Positions 12,986 to 27,099 of a DNA stretch of 63,491 nucleotides are shown here, in pieces (the stretch's first letter is position 1; the number at the start of each line of letters is the position of its first letter). The stretch is from Chiloscyllium plagiosum. Its lineage: Eukaryota. The DNA lies in assembly GCF_004010195.1 (NCBI RefSeq), contig NC_057758.1, positions 1,610,490-1,673,980 of the forward strand. The letters are read 5' to 3'. A model generated the notes under the pieces. It was not told the origin of the DNA. It was given only the letters and a program-made list of their open reading frames with translations, and searched no databases. The translations under genes and the position numbers were made by a program.

Positions 12986-14149
12986 ATTCATTACTTGACT
13001 TGCAGCAAACTCCGAGGAAGGCAAATGGCATGTTGACATTCATTGGAAAAAGGTTATATTAGCAGATGCGTTTGCAAAACAGAGAAGCCATTTCGAAAAT
13101 CATGTGAAGATGCCCAGTATCGAGAGAAACGGATATTATGCAGGAAAGCACTAATACATGACAATGGCATTATGCTTTCCATTGCTGTAGTCGACCGATG
13201 GGTCCTATTCTTGCGCCATACCTTTCTATGAGCTACGTTTCAGATATGCATTTGCAATGCCAAGACATGGGAGGGCATCCACCAAGTGCTGAAAAACGGT
13301 ATTCGATTGTGATTGCATTATTGGGAGCTGATTAGATGGCAGTCTGGGAACAAGCCTCTAATATAGCAATGGCAGATGGTGGATTTAGATTTCAATAAAC
13401 ATTGGAAATTAAGAGTCTAATGGTTACCTCCAGAATGTCTCTAGTTGAGAAATGTGCCGATCTGTTACATTTGTCTCGTTTTTATTAAAGTCTGGAACGC
13501 TTGAAACTCCAGAGTCAGTGCAGTGTGACTGACTTACATCTGCCCTCTGGAAAAGTAATGAAGGCAGTAAACGTTGTTCAGGCCTGTGATGCTCACATCT
13601 TGTGATAGAATAAAAACAATATTTCGGGTTTTGTCTTTGACAGAGCCTGCTCGATTGGACAAAGGACCTTTTTTGCTTATGAGTCTTTTTGAGGATCAGT
13701 TATTAAACATTATGTATGTCTGTGCCCCTCTTCACAATGAGCTTTACATCTTGTCATGGAGACAGGAAGGTTTCGATTCAAATCTCTGCTAAACCTTTCT
13801 CTTTTCTGTGTTTGAGCTGAAGCTATGAGGCAGAGGATGAAATCAGTGTCAGAGACTTGCCTCGCTTCACAGTACTCAGGATGTATTTGCCCAGCAGCAG
13901 GTCTGTCGGGACAGCGAAGTCGCACCATCCCCAAAAGAGGTGACAGACCTACCTGGATCATTACCTCTGTAGGTCATGACTCTGACAGAATAACAGTCTT
14001 GGATCTTTGACACATCTTCTGTGGTCCTGCCATATTTTGACATTCTGAAATGCGTTGGCCATCGCTAGTTGGCCCCTATTCTTGTTAATAGAAAGTGCAA
14101 GAATGTTGGTAGTGGGAGGCCGTCCCAAGGGAAAACATCTCTTTCTCTG

Positions 14150-14900
14150 TATCTTATCTATGCTTCTCATGTTTTTTAAAGAAAACAAAAACGTCCAGAA
14201 GGCTAGCATTCAAGTTTCTACGCATTAGTGAAATACATTTCATACTATGGAACCATTCTTAAATCTCATACCCCCCATTCCTAGCACCATGCTGGTAAAT
14301 ACTTTCTGAACCCTCTCAAATTTTATATTACCTTTCCATTAGCAGGGCGACAAAAACTGCACACAATACTCCAGAAGAGAACTAATCGACTTCATGTACA
14401 GCTTCAACATGACATACCAACTCCAATACTGAAAGGTCTGAGCAATGAACGAAGGCGTACTAAACGCCTTCTTCACAACCCTCTCTACATATGAAACATA
14501 TTTCAAAGAATTATGTACCAGAATCCCCAGCTTCTCTGTTTTACAACACTAAACCTTTTAGAAGTCCTTGTTTGTTTTCCCAAAAAGAAATGCATCGAAT
14601 TTATTCAAATTAAACTCCAATAATCAGAAAATGTCGCTAGCATTTTACAATCGAATAATGTGGCCATCAGAAACACACAGTTTTCCACCTGAGGCATAAC
14701 CAATATCTGAATAGATGTAGCAAAACTTATTTCCTCCAATATTCTACGATTTGGCTAATGATCATAAGCACCCCATATGCCTTCATCACCATTTTGTCTA
14801 CCTGTGCTGACACGCTTTATGGTCTATAGACTTTTACACCCATTTGTTTTTTTTAAAATAGTGAACTCCCATTCATGTTATATGTCCTCCCATTATAAGA
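14150..14900 (-). mobile_element. Old CR1 RT fragments
   Basis: AAAACTGCACACAATACTCCAG is the reverse complement of LEYCVQF; heavily decayed. Confidence 0.6.
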
Positions 14901-15399
14901 CATATTACCTCAGCAATAGAGGCTAGATTTGATAGTGTCAATCCAACAAACCCTGAAGCATTGTTCTTTCAGTGATTTGAAAATAACTCGTTGATACTGA
15001 CAAACATTGACTGTCCATATCCAATTTCTATTACCTTAATATAATGATAGAGAGGACGGCGCAGGTCAGAAAATCAGTAATGTTTTGCATTGACATTCTT
15101 ATGGTCGCAGCAGTTCAGTTGTTATGTAATCCTGTGATTACGCCACTGCTGGCGGTCCGTGTGCAGTTCTGATCACGGTCATTTTGGAATGTGATGAACC
15201 CTTTGGCGGGGGTTCAAAATAAGTTTACCAGACTATACTAGCTTTAAGGCCAGATTGGACAAGCTCGAATTGTTATTGTTAGAGTACGGAAGCTGGGGAT
15301 GGGGATGGAGGCGCAGGATGCGGGGCGGTGACTTAATAGGGATTTACACAGATGCGTGGCTGTCGAGTTAGTGCAGGGTAAAGGGTTTAAATCTGCGAA

Positions 15400-18020
15400 T
15401 CATTGGGTTCTCTTCTGAGAATGATATGACGTGTACAAATGGACGGGTTACACCTGAACTTGAGACAGACTAATATACGCGCATAGATTTGCCAGAACTG
15501 TTGGGGAAGTTTTAAACTAGGTTGGCGGCAGGGTTGGAACAAAAGGTTCAGGTCTGAAGATGCAGCAGTTTTTGTGAAGGTAGATGCAAAGAGTAGGGAT
15601 ATTGTGATGAAGAGTAGACTAAAATGGCAAGAGGAAGGGTATGTAGGCGGAAAGACAGAAAGAAGCAATGTTAGAGTATAAGTTAGAGCCAAAGTTAGAG
15701 TATAAGAAACGAAAAGTTGGGCGACAGAATCAAATGCAAAAGGCCGGGAGATTGCCCGATTTTCAACGGACGATGAGAATAAGGACAGATTATTTATATG
15801 GTCACAGAACTGGAATGAAATTCGATGAACGTCTTGTACAAATCAATACAAACGGGTATGATGTAGTTGCCAGGTATGTTTTCGCAGGGTGGTACTGACT
15901 GGGAACTAAATATATCAGGGTATAAGGGGATTAGGTAGGAGTATGGGGTCGCATCCTCAATTAAGCATAATATTAGTGCGATAGGGAGAGACGAATCAGC
16001 ATCTAAGGAGCACCATGTTGAATCCATTTCCGTGGAGATCAGGAATAATAAGGGGAAGAAGTCACTCGGAAGATTGGTTTAGTGGTCACCCAATACTAGT
16101 CTTACGTGGCACAGCCGATAAATAAAAAAAATCTGCCGCATGTAAGAATGCATTACGCTAGTTCAAGTCGGCATAAGGAGGGAGGAAGTGTCAGGCATTC
16201 TAAAAGTCAATTATGTTCACAAGTCCCCAGGACCAAATGGGATCTATTCCAGGCAACTGAGGAAGGTGAGAGAAGAAATAACTGGGGACTTAGCAGATGT
16301 CTTTGCAACATCCTAGAATGATGGAAGAGGTCCTGAAGGATTGGAGAATTGATAATGTTTTTTCCGTTGTTTAAGAATTGTAACAGGGATAATCCAAACA
16401 ATTACAAACTGGTGAGCCTCACATCAGTGGTAGGCAGGCTGCTGAAGGATAGGATTATTTACATTTGGAAGAAAATTGGCTTGTGAGTGATAGGTAAAGT
16501 CATGTCTTGCCAACTTAATAGAATTCTTTGATGAAGTGACAAATTTAATTGATGAGGGAACGGCTACAGTTATCATATACATGGACTTCGGTCAGGTGTT
16601 CCCCATGGAAGGCTGATCGAGAAAGTGAAGTCGCATCGGTTCAGTGTACACTCACTAGTTGGACAGAGAACTGGCTAGGCAGTAGGAGACAGAGACTAGT
16701 AGTGGAACGGTGATTCTCAAAATGGAGAACTGTGACTAATACTGTTCCACAGGGATCTATGCTGGGTCCACTGTTCTGTCTAATATACAGAATTGATATA
16801 GAGGCAGAGATAGGTGGTCTGATTAGCAAGTTTGCAGATTGGTGTAGTAGCAGGTAGTGAAGGGGACTGTCAGAATACGCAGCAGAGTACAGATAGATTG
16901 GAGAGTTGGTCAGAGAAGTGGCATATGGGGTTCAATCCGGGAAAAAAGTGATGTGATACATTTTGGTAGATCCAATTGAAGTCCAAAATGTTGAGTAAAT
17001 GGAAATATCCGGCATAAAATTGATGTGCAGTGAGACCTGAGTTTTCAGGTCCATTGTACTCAGAAGGAGACTACGGACGACAAAAGAGTTGTCAAGAAGT
17101 CATACAACATGCTTTCATTCATTGGACGGGATATTGATTATTAAGGTTGGTAGATTATGTTACAATTGTATAGGACGTTTGTTCAGCAACTTTTGGAATG
17201 TTGCCTATAGTTCTTATCACCACATTACCAAAAGGATGTGAATGCTTTAGCGAGGGCGGCACGGTGGCACAGTGGTTAGCACTGTTGCCTCACAGCGCCA
17301 GAGACCCGGGTTCAATTCCCGCCTCAGGCGACTGACTGTGTGGAGTTTGCACGTTCTCCCCGTGTCTGCGTGGGTTTCCTCCGGGTGCTCCGGTTTCCTC
17401 CCACAGTCCAAAGATGTGCAGGGTCAGGTGAATTGGCCATACTAAATTGCCCGTAGTGTTCGGTAAGGGGTAAAATGTAGGGGTATGGATGGGTTGCGCT
17501 TCGGCGGGTCGGTGTGGACTTGTTGGGCCGAAGGGCCTGTTTTCACACTGTAATGTAATCTGTAATCTGTAGGGTGCGTAGCATGGAATGCGCTATTCAT
17601 GAAGAGACGTTGAGTAGATTGGATATTTTTTATTAAGAAAGCGGACGATGGCAGATGAGTCTTAGTGAGGTATACAAAATCATTAACGGTATAGACAGAG
17701 TGGATAAAAAAGAAACTTTTTTTCCCCAGAGTATTGGACTCAATTACAAGCGGTCACGAGTTTGAGGTGAGGGGATATTATTTAATGGAGATATACGGGG
17801 GTGGAGGATACCTGGAGCGCATTGGCCGCAGAAGTGGTAGTGGATGACATGGTTACATAATTTGAGATACATCTAGACAGAGGCATGAATGGGCAGCGAG
17901 TACACGGATGCAGATCCTTAGGAAACAGGCGACAGGTTTAGACAGAGGATCTGCATTAGAACCAGCTTGGAGATCCAAAGGGCCGGTTCCTGAATTGTAA
18001 TTTTCTTTGTTCTTATTCTC
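15400..18020 (+). mobile_element. Decayed CR1 LINE pieces (ORF1 end, endonuclease, RT, tail)
   Basis: DGLHLN, KSPGP, VPQGSMLGPL, SKFAD; tail TGTAATTTTCTTTGTTCTT near 18000. Confidence 0.8.
17255..17570 (+). mobile_element. HE1/V-SINE-type SINE, full length and young
   Basis: GGCGGCACGGTGGCACAGTGGTTAGC (A box), GGTTCAATTCC (B box), central domain, GGGCCGAAGGGCCTG tail, (TGTAATC)n end. Confidence 0.93.
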
Positions 18021-18029
18021 TTCGTTTTT

Positions 18030-20360
18030 TTGGAATTGCAGACGTTATGGGGAACTTTAACATGTCGACTGACTGGCCGAATCATGTCGGTACAGGCAGT
18101 CTTGAAAAGTAGTTAATAAAACTCATCAGTGATAACTTTCTTGAACAGCATGTTGCCGAACGTATAAGGGTGAGTGTAATCCTAAATCTATGCCACTGTA
18201 ACGAGACAGGTAAATTAAAAAAAATAATGACAGTTAAGGATCCTCTCAGAAAGAGAGATCATTATATGATTAAATTTCAGATACAAGTGACAGGTGACGC
18301 TGTATCATATAAAGCGAGGATGTTATGCTTAAAAAAGGGAGACTTTCATGGGATGAGGAAGGATTTGGTAAATTAGGCTATGGTCATAAGTTTTGTGGTG
18401 CAACAATTGAGGAACTGTGGAGGACCTTCAACGACAGTTTTCACAGTGCTCAAGGAAAGTATGTTCTGACCAAACATAAGGTGACCACAGATATGGTGCG
18501 CACGTTTTGAATAACCACAGAAATAAAGGAAAGCATACAATTAAAACCTCAGGCTTACAAAGTAGCCAAGTGTAGTGGAATCAAGATGACTGGGACACCT
18601 TTATCAAGCAACAAAGAACCACGTCGAAAGACTGGAAGAGAGGTAAGATAGATGATAAATGTAAGCTAGCATAGAATAAAGAAACGGGTCGTAAAGGTTT
18701 TTATGAACATATAAAATGGAAACGTGCAGCTAAAGTAGACGCAAGACTCTTGCAGGATAAAAAGGGGGAATTAATGTTGAATAGTTCTGAAACGACTGGG
18801 GCCTTGAATAACGTTTGCATGTGACTTCTTACAGTGGCAGATGCGTCGAACATGGCAAAAATAATGTGAATGATGCGATGGTGGATTAGGATCTTAATTC
18901 ATTTTTTAATTTATTGAGCAACCGGATGCCCTTTGGATCTGAAAGTCATCCCAGGGTGCTGAAAGGGATGGTAGAAGTTACAGTAGATGCGTTAACGGTA
19001 AATTGCTAAACTTGACTGGACTCCAGGCAGGTTCAGGCGGACTGAGAGATAGAAAATCGCACTTTAAAGAAGGTAAAGACAGAGGGCAGGTCATTATAGG
19101 ACTGTTAGGTTTACTTCTATAGTCGGGAAAGTGCTGGAAGTTATCTTTGAATTAGAAATAGTGATACATCTGAAAGGAAATAATTCCATTATGCAGACAC
19201 AGCTTGAATTCAGGAAGGGAAGATTGTTTTGACAAACTAACTGGAGTTCTTTGAGGATGTAACAGGTGCAGTGCATGGAGGGCAACAGGTGGATGTTGTA
19301 TACTTGGATTTACAAAAGGCGATTAGTAAGGTGCTGCAAAAAAGGCATCCATAAGATGAGAATTCAGGGAATTGTGGATAATGTGCTAGCATGCAGAGCG
19401 AGCTGGTTAACCTATGGAAAACGGAGAGTTGTGATAAATGGGTGTTTCTCTGGTTGGAGATCAGGAATGAATGAGATGCCACAGGGTTTGGTAATGGGCC
19501 CGCTACTGTTCATGATAAATATGAATGATTTGGAAGAAGAGACTGAGTGTAACATAATCAAGTTAGCTCATTAATCTAAATTGAGTAGAAAGGCGAGGTG
19601 TACAGAGGATGTGGAGAGCTTGCAGAGAAATTTAAATAGGTTAAGTGAGTGGGCAACAGTTTGGAGTAAAATGTTGATACATATGAGGTTATCCTCTTTG
19701 GAAGAAAATGTAGTAGGTCAGAACATTATTTAAATGGTGGAAGATTGCAGCATGCCGTTGTGCAGAAAGGTTTAGGAGTGTTCAGACACGAATCGCTGAA
19801 AGTCGATTTGCAAGTGGAAAAGGTGATCAGGAAGGCAAAAGGAATATCATCTTTCATTGCTAGAGTGATTGAATTTAATAACAGAGAGATTGTGCTTTGG
19901 AGGCAGTGCAGACGAGGTTTAACAAGTTCATTGAGGAGATGAGGGTTTGCCCCATGAAGAGAGGTTGAGCCGCCTAGGACTGCACTCACAACAATTTACG
20001 AGATTGGGAAGGAATTTTATAGAAGCATATATAAAGTCATGACAGAGATACATAGGATAGAGGCAAGCAAATTGTTTCTACTTACGATTAGGGGGTGTAG
20101 ATTTAATACAGAGATGAGGACGATCTGCTTTTCCTAGAGCGTAGAAATCTAACGAATTCTGTATCCAAGGGAGCAGTCGAGGGAGCTTCATTAAATTTAT
20201 TCAAGACACGGCTAGATGGGCTTTTGCTTCATGGGAGAATTAATGGTTATGGGGACAATGCAGGTTGGAGGAGCTGAGACAATGGATAGTTCAGCTGTAA
20301 TCTTAATGAATGTTGGAGTGGCTCAACGGGCCGAATGGCCTATTCCTGCTTCTGTTACTG
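18030..20360 (+). mobile_element. Older CR1 family, ORF2 and 3' end
   Basis: YRTVRFTSIVGKVLE, PQGLVMGPLLFMINMNDL; 3' end GGGCCGAATGGCCTATTCCTGCT. Confidence 0.8.
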
Positions 20361-20597
20361 CGATTTTCAACATGCAGCGACTTGCTAAAATCAGCCCAGA
20401 AGAGGAAGAGCAGAAGAAGGCCACTCAGCACATCAAATCTGCTCTGCCATTCAACGAGATCGTGGCTGATCACATAACCCTCAACTTCACTTTCCTGCCT
20501 TTTCCTGACAAGTACTCGATTTTCGTCCTGATAAAAAATATTTTTGTGCCACATTTCACTGAACCGTCTCTGGACTGCCTCCAATGGCAGTATATTT

Positions 20598-20921
20598 GGG
20601 GGGCATGGTGGCACAGTGGTTGGCACTGCTGCCTCACAGCGCCAGAGACCTGGGTTCAATTCCCGCCTCAGGCGACTGACAGTGTGGAGTTTGTACGTTC
20701 TCCCCGTGTCTGCGTGAGTTTCCTCCGGGTGCTTCGGTTTCCTCCCACAGTCCAAAGATGTGCAGGTCAGGTGAACTGGCCAAGCTAAATTGCCCATAGT
20801 GTTAGGTAAGGAATAAATGTAAGGGTATGGGTGGGTTGCGCTTCGGCGGGGCGGTGTGGACTTGTTGGGCCGAAGGGCCTGTTTCCACACTGTAAGTAAT
20901 CTAATCTAATCTAATCTAATC
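20598..20921 (+). mobile_element. HE1/V-SINE-type SINE, full length
   Basis: A/B boxes, central domain, (TAATC)n tail. Confidence 0.93.
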
Positions 20922-21824
20922 TTTCTTCAGGTGATGCGAATAAACTGTTCTGTTTTCCAGCTCGGCTCCGACTTGAATCTTGCAGAGTTTTGACTTTTAT
21001 GCATCTTTCTCTTTGAAATTATGGTTGGGAAAAGACATGAATGCATTTCAAAACCTGGTGGACCGCTTTTCTAATCAAGTAGTTCAGGTGTTATGGCACA
21101 CCATTGAAGCAGGTAGGACTTGTTGACTCAGACGTAGGAATACTATCGCTGCATCACAAGATCTTACATGCACAGGCTGGTAATTCTGATTGGTAACATT
21201 CTGATTGGAATTTTTTTAATGTCTTCCAAGACGACAGAAACAGGATGGGCTGATGGAATAATAACACGTGATCAATAGATCGACATCACACTTTAGGTGC
21301 TAAAGTGCCCATTGCAACTTCCGAAATGTAATTCACCTGTTTGACGATTGGAGATATACAAATTTCTGAGACCAAGATTAACACATGTACTTTCAAGTTG
21401 TGGTGGCTTCAATTAACACCAGAGCTCCAAGCAGCAAAAGCATGATCACCCATGTCACCGCTGCCGTTCTGAGAAGGAGAATGATAAGATTGGAACACGG
21501 ATCTTCTTTTCATGAGGTCACAGAGTATACTGGTGGTATAACTCAATGAAACAATGGTGACTGGCTCCCCTTCGGGTTCTATTAAGACGTAGGTTACTAA
21601 CTGAGACGGACAGTAACTGAAAACAAAGGTAGAATTATCTCATAGACATTTTCATCATAAGCTGGACAGAGGTACCAGTCTTATGAATGACTGATTGTTA
21701 AAGTTAGCAATCGATTCTACAGAGGAGGCCATTCAGCTCCCTCAAGCTAACTCAGACACTCAATCATAAAAAGCTGATCTGTGGGATAACTTCATATGCC
21801 TGCCTTGGGCCCATATCATTAATA

Positions 21825-22455
21825 CTGAAAGTTGCCACCCAGGTGGACAATGCTGTTAAGAAGGCATGCAGTGTGTTCATTCGTAGAGGGATTGAGTTCC
21901 AGAGCCGCAATATCATGCTGCAACTATGCAAAACGCTGGTGCGGCCACACTTGGAATATTGTGTAGACTTCTGCTCCCCGTATTTCTGGAAGGATGTGGA
22001 AACATTGGAAAAGGTGCAGAGGAGATTTACCAGGATGTTGACTGTTCTGGAGGGAAGGTCTTATGAGGAAAGGCTGAGAGACTTGAACCTGTTCTCATTG
22101 GCAAGGAGAAGGCTACGAGGGGATTTGATAGAGACATACAAGATGATCAGAGGATTAGATAGGGTAGACAGTGAAAGTCTTTTTCCTAGGTTGATGATGT
22201 CAGTGTGTACGGGGGCATAACTACAAATTGAGGGGTGATAGATTTAAGACAGATGTCAGAGGCAGGTTCTTTACACAGAGAGTGGTAAGATTCAGGAATG
22301 CACTACCTGCTAATGTAGATAACTCAGCCACATTAGGGAGATTTTAAAAATCCTTAGATAAGGACATGGATGATTTTGAGATAGAGTAGGGGGACGAGCT
22401 GAGAATAGTTCAAAAGATCGTTGCAACATCGAGGGTCGAAGGGCCTGTTCTGAGG
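21825..22455 (+). mobile_element. 5'-truncated CR1 LINE
   Basis: ORF 21843-22220 (KTLVRPHLEYCV); close to 7400-8035. Confidence 0.88.
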
Positions 22456-24429
22456 CAGGCAATTGCAGGTTTTCATCATAGCCGATTGTTGATTTCAAAT
22501 TCAACAAATGGAAATAATGAATTTTTAATAGACCCTGAAGATCTCCCTGCTAACATCGAGAAGATCTCAGTTATATCATCCCTTAACCTTCTAAATTAGA
22601 GAGAATAAAGTCCTATATTTTCTAAACTGTCCCTCCTGGACCATTTCTCCTTTCTGAGGTCTAGTGCCCAGATCTGCTGTTAGCACATTCACGAAGCATT
22701 GAATGTCGACATTAATTTCCATCTGTAAAATTTCACCGAAATATTTGTTCATGTTATGAATATTTCAGTCTTCGCTATCCTTTCAAGCAGCAGGTTCTAG
22801 ATTTCCATGACCGTCGATTGAAACAAAAATCCACGTCCCCGCCAAATTCTCCACCCTTCTTGTAAATATCCTGGTCAGTCACCCGCCTATGAAGTGGAAT
22901 ATCTTCTTTCTCTCTATTCTATCTATTTATCTCACTCTTTACATCATAATTGATGTCTCCGCTCAGTTTCTTCTGTTCTGAGCAAAACAACTCCAGTCTG
23001 TCCAATCTCTCTTCATAAATGAATCTATTCAGCACAGGCCACGTGCTGGTCAATCCCCTACGTCTTCCCCAGTGTTTTCACATCTCTCTTGTCACGTAGA
23101 TTCAGAAGTGCAGACAATACTGACGTTGTGGCCTGAGGAGAAATATGATCGATTTGGAGTAGAATTGTTCCCAGCTGTAGTTTCAGATCTTTTGTCAAGC
23201 CCGGAAATGCGAAATGAGCATGGGACAGTGCCCGAAGCAGCTGAGCAGCAGCTCTGTAAAATATTGTTCTAAAAAATTGGAGACCTGTTTCCTGTGCAGC
23301 GTTTCAATGTGCATGGTTTGTCATCAGGGTGAGTCTGGGTGGCAGCATCTTCGAGAGTCTTTGGACTACCAGTACAAGTAACCAGTCGTTCTCTGTAGCT
23401 GCGTTCGAGTTGCTGACAGTTTGAGACTTGAGTATTACAGACGGCATGGCTTTGTTTTGGTGGGCTGCTTTGGGGGTTCTTTTGTGCACTAGTCCAGGGG
23501 ATCTTTTACTTGGGCGATGGGTAAGCTGTGGAATTTATAGAAGGAGCTTAATGAGAATGTGGGGTCGAGTCATCAGCTTTTTTGTCTGGTTGGATCATAT
23601 TTTGGGTGGATGGGGAGGCTTTGTTCATTAACACTGGGTTTGTTGGGGGTATCGTGTTGCTTGTCTTTGTATTTGACTTTTGTTCTGGTCTACCTCTAGG
23701 TAATTTTTTTGCGTGTCTTGTTGCGCGAAAATTCCCTGTTGTTCGAGTGAATTCTGGCATAACCCCCTCTTCCGTTGTGGTTTCGCCACTCTACTATTAT
23801 AATCTGATGTCTGCTGAAGTACTGAAGCAGGTACTGTGGACGGACTTTTGGCCTGTGCCTCCAGGTGCGGAGGGAGAATCCTTTGAGGCCTGGGCCCTGG
23901 AAATTTTTGTTGCCCGTTATCTGTCGATCGATTTGGCCTCTTGCATCCAGCCTCCTTGTATTCTTTCTCTGCGTGAGACATGCTGGTCTCAAAGGGGGGA
24001 ATGTACGGAAGTTAATTTGTCATTTATGTAGCTAAAGTAGTGTTGTAAGGCATGCACATGATCATGTTACAGAGCAACTGTGACAGATCATGGTAGGCCA
24101 GTTAAATCAGTGATAGATGTCCTAATACTGAAGGTAGTGATGTTGTAATGTGACAGGTTAAGCGTAAAAAAGTGAACCCGTGTGGCAGAAGATGATTAAG
24201 TTAGTTAGACAAAACAAGCCAATATGATTGGGTATGCGAATACTATCAGATAGGCACGGGAACCTCTGACTGTATATACTCCAGAGAAGCAAATGTCTCG
24301 TAGGCAGACATTTTCTGGATATCACAGCTTTGATTTTGCAAGATAAAAGATTAATTTCATGAAGGATTTCCTGCATCTCCTGGTAATTGCTTAAACAGAA
24401 TATTGAGTGATACTTCTGCAACATGAGAC

Positions 24430-25350
24430 CCGACGTCTGTGGTATGGAAACTATTGGAGAATATAAAAGGGATAGGATCTATTTCTATTTGGAAGGAAAT
24501 GGGTTTATCATTTAATAGAAAACATGGGTTTTGCAGGAAACATCATGTCTTACCAACTTGAAAGAATTCGTTGAGGCTGCAGCAAGTTGATTGATGACAG
24601 AAGTGCTGTGGATGTCGTACACATGGACTTCAGCACGGCGATGCTAAGTCTCCCCAGGATACACTGTTCGTGAAAGTGAAATCGCATGGGTTCCAGAATG
24701 TACGAGCTAGGTGGATAAAGAACTGATTGGGCAGCAGTAGACACAGCTCAAGAACGAAATGTACAGTAAGTGGAAAGTTCCTGGGGAAAATTGATGTACA
24801 GAGCGATCTGGGTGTTCAGGTCGATTGTACTCTGAGGGCAGCAATGCAGGTCTATATGGCGTACGACACGCTTTCCTTAATCGAACGTGGTATTGAGAAC
24901 AAACGTTGGCAGGTCATTTTACACTTGAACAAGACTTTGATTCGGCCACTGTCGGAAAACGGCATAGAGTACTGATCGCCACATTGATAAAGGAATGTGG
25001 ATGCTTTGGAGAGGGTGCAGAAGAGGTTCACAAGAAGTTTCCTGGTATGGAGGGCGCCAGTTATGAAGCGAGGTTGAGTAGATTAGGATAATTTCCATTT
25101 GAAAGACGGGGACTCAAGTGGACGGGACAGGTTCACAAAATCATGAGAGGTGTAGAGAGGGTGGATAACAAGAAACTTTTTTCCCACACTGTGGCATTCA
25201 ATTACTTGGGGTCTCAATTCAAAAGTGAGAGGGCATATGTTGAATGGAGATATGCATTGAAAGTTATTTACCAGAGAGTGGTGGGTGCCTGGAACACGTT
25301 GCCACAGGTCGTGGTAGACGCTGGCATGATAGGGTAATTTAAAATGCATC
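24430..25350 (+). mobile_element. Decayed CR1 RT fragment
   Basis: CLTNL, VDVVHMDFS, KTLIRPL; homologous to 11760-12850. Confidence 0.78.
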
Positions 25351-25699
25351 AAAATCACAGCTTTACACACGGCGGAGTAGATATCCCCAGTCTCGCGACG
25401 ATTCATCCCCACCCACTGCCAACACCTCACAGATGTAGTGCTGAGAGTAATTCACGAGTGAGGGCTTTCAATGGGGGAAATGGATTGTTTGGTGGAGGGA
25501 GCCGGGCAAGTACACAAACAGAATTAAAACATTACGTCACCATCCATTTCCAATTTGCTTGGTGGAAAACATTGGAGGGGCGGAATTGCCTCCCCAACCC
25601 ACGGGTTGCTTAATCAGGAATGCACCAGACCTCCAAACAGAACCTGGTAAGGAAAAAGGAAATATTATTGAAGACAATAACGATTATTCACAACAAGGA

Positions 25700-27098
25700 G
25701 AAGAAGAAACCCATGAGGGGGAAAAGAAATAACGAAGCACGTTTAGTATCCGCCTCAGCCTTTGAGGAATCTATTACAAGAATCGCATTTGATTGTGTAG
25801 GACTTGTAACTCAAACAAAAAGTGGTAATGAGTATTTTGAGCATAATGAATGCATACAGTAGATTTCTGGAGGCAATTGCATTACTCAGTATCATGACAG
25901 AAGAAATTATAGAAGATTTATTTAAATCTGTACATAGTCATGATCGCCCGACAGAGATACAATCATCTGATTGATACCTGCGTTAATATCCAAATTATTC
26001 AAGGAAGTTTTGGCTATTATTGGAATAAACCAATTCATGTCCACTGCATACCGTCCTAAAATGCAGGGAGCGTTAAAACCGTGGTAATAAATTTTAAAGA
26101 TCATGTTGACGGTTAGTGCTCAAGACAAATCAGAGGATTGGGATAAATAAATTCTGTTTGTTCTTTTTGCAATTAAGGATGAACTGTATAAATCTATTAA
26201 ACTCTGTCCATTTAAATTAGTGTCGATATATGAGGTGAGATACCACAGCAATTAATTAAGGAAAAAAATGATAAGCCCAGGTTCGGAGACCATATATTTG
26301 TATTGTGTCAAATTTTATGGAGAGTTAAATGGAGGGGTTTGTAGCCTAAAGAGCACTTAAAATTGGACCAACATGTGATGAAACAGGAAGAAGGAATTAC
26401 ATTTAAAAAACCTAAATTTAATCTCAGGAAATAAATTGTTGCTGTGAATTCCAGTGGTAAGCTATCATTTAAGAGCAACGTTTAGTGGATCTTATCAAAC
26501 GTGCCATGCACGTTTCAAAGATTTACCAATAAACCTGTGTTACCCACTGCTCCAGTGTTAGCTGGACCTAATTAAGCAAAGTCAGTCAAGGTGGCTGTCG
26601 ATATGAGTGGTATGGGTTAGTGCCTGACTCTTGCAAGAAGACGATGACGATATAGAACTTACTGAGCACTTGTTTCAAAAATTTGAACTATCAGCAATGA
26701 AAATATTCCACGATTGAGAATGAAAGCTTCAGCTTGGTTTTAGCATTACGACATTTCATCATTTATAACGTCTGTGATGTGCCTGGGAATTACATATAAA
26801 GCAACTATTACGCATTGATTTTTTTGCAGAAATTTAAGGAAAATATTTCGAGAATCTTTAGTTCGAGTTTATTATTGCAAACATTTAATTTGGAAATTAT
26901 ACATGAGATAGGACGAGACAATGTAATAGCCAATGTGTTGTCATGACTATGATGAAGAAGGTGAGAGGCATTCAGTGGAGGGAGTAAATTATCTGAAGTA
27001 GACAGTAGTAATGAATGTAAGCATGCTTAGAATTGTGATATGTATGCATTGTAGCATAGTAATAAAATGAAACAGGGACCCTCGTCTGGTCCATAACA
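25700..27098 (+). mobile_element. Gypsy-superfamily LTR retrotransposon remnant: integrase followed by RNase H (Gmr1-like order)
   Basis: Integrase: FEESITRIAFDCVG..TKSGNEY, STAYRPKMQGAL, DWDK, FSGSY. Then RNase H: APVLAGP, VAVD, KYSTIENE, GRDNVIANVLS. Ends TGGTCCATAACA (27087-27098). Confidence 0.75.
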
Positions 27099-27099
27099 A

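Noticed and set aside
17255..17330. tRNA genes at the SINE heads
   Set aside because: A and B boxes continue into SINE body and tail in several copies; not standalone tRNAs.
20216..20890. 190-aa and 195-aa ORFs
   Set aside because: Chance read-through of a LINE tail and a SINE.
23300..24031. Overlapping ORFs including a hydrophobic 149-aa ORF
   Set aside because: No recognisable domain or supported splice structure; may be an unclassified repeat but I cannot name it.
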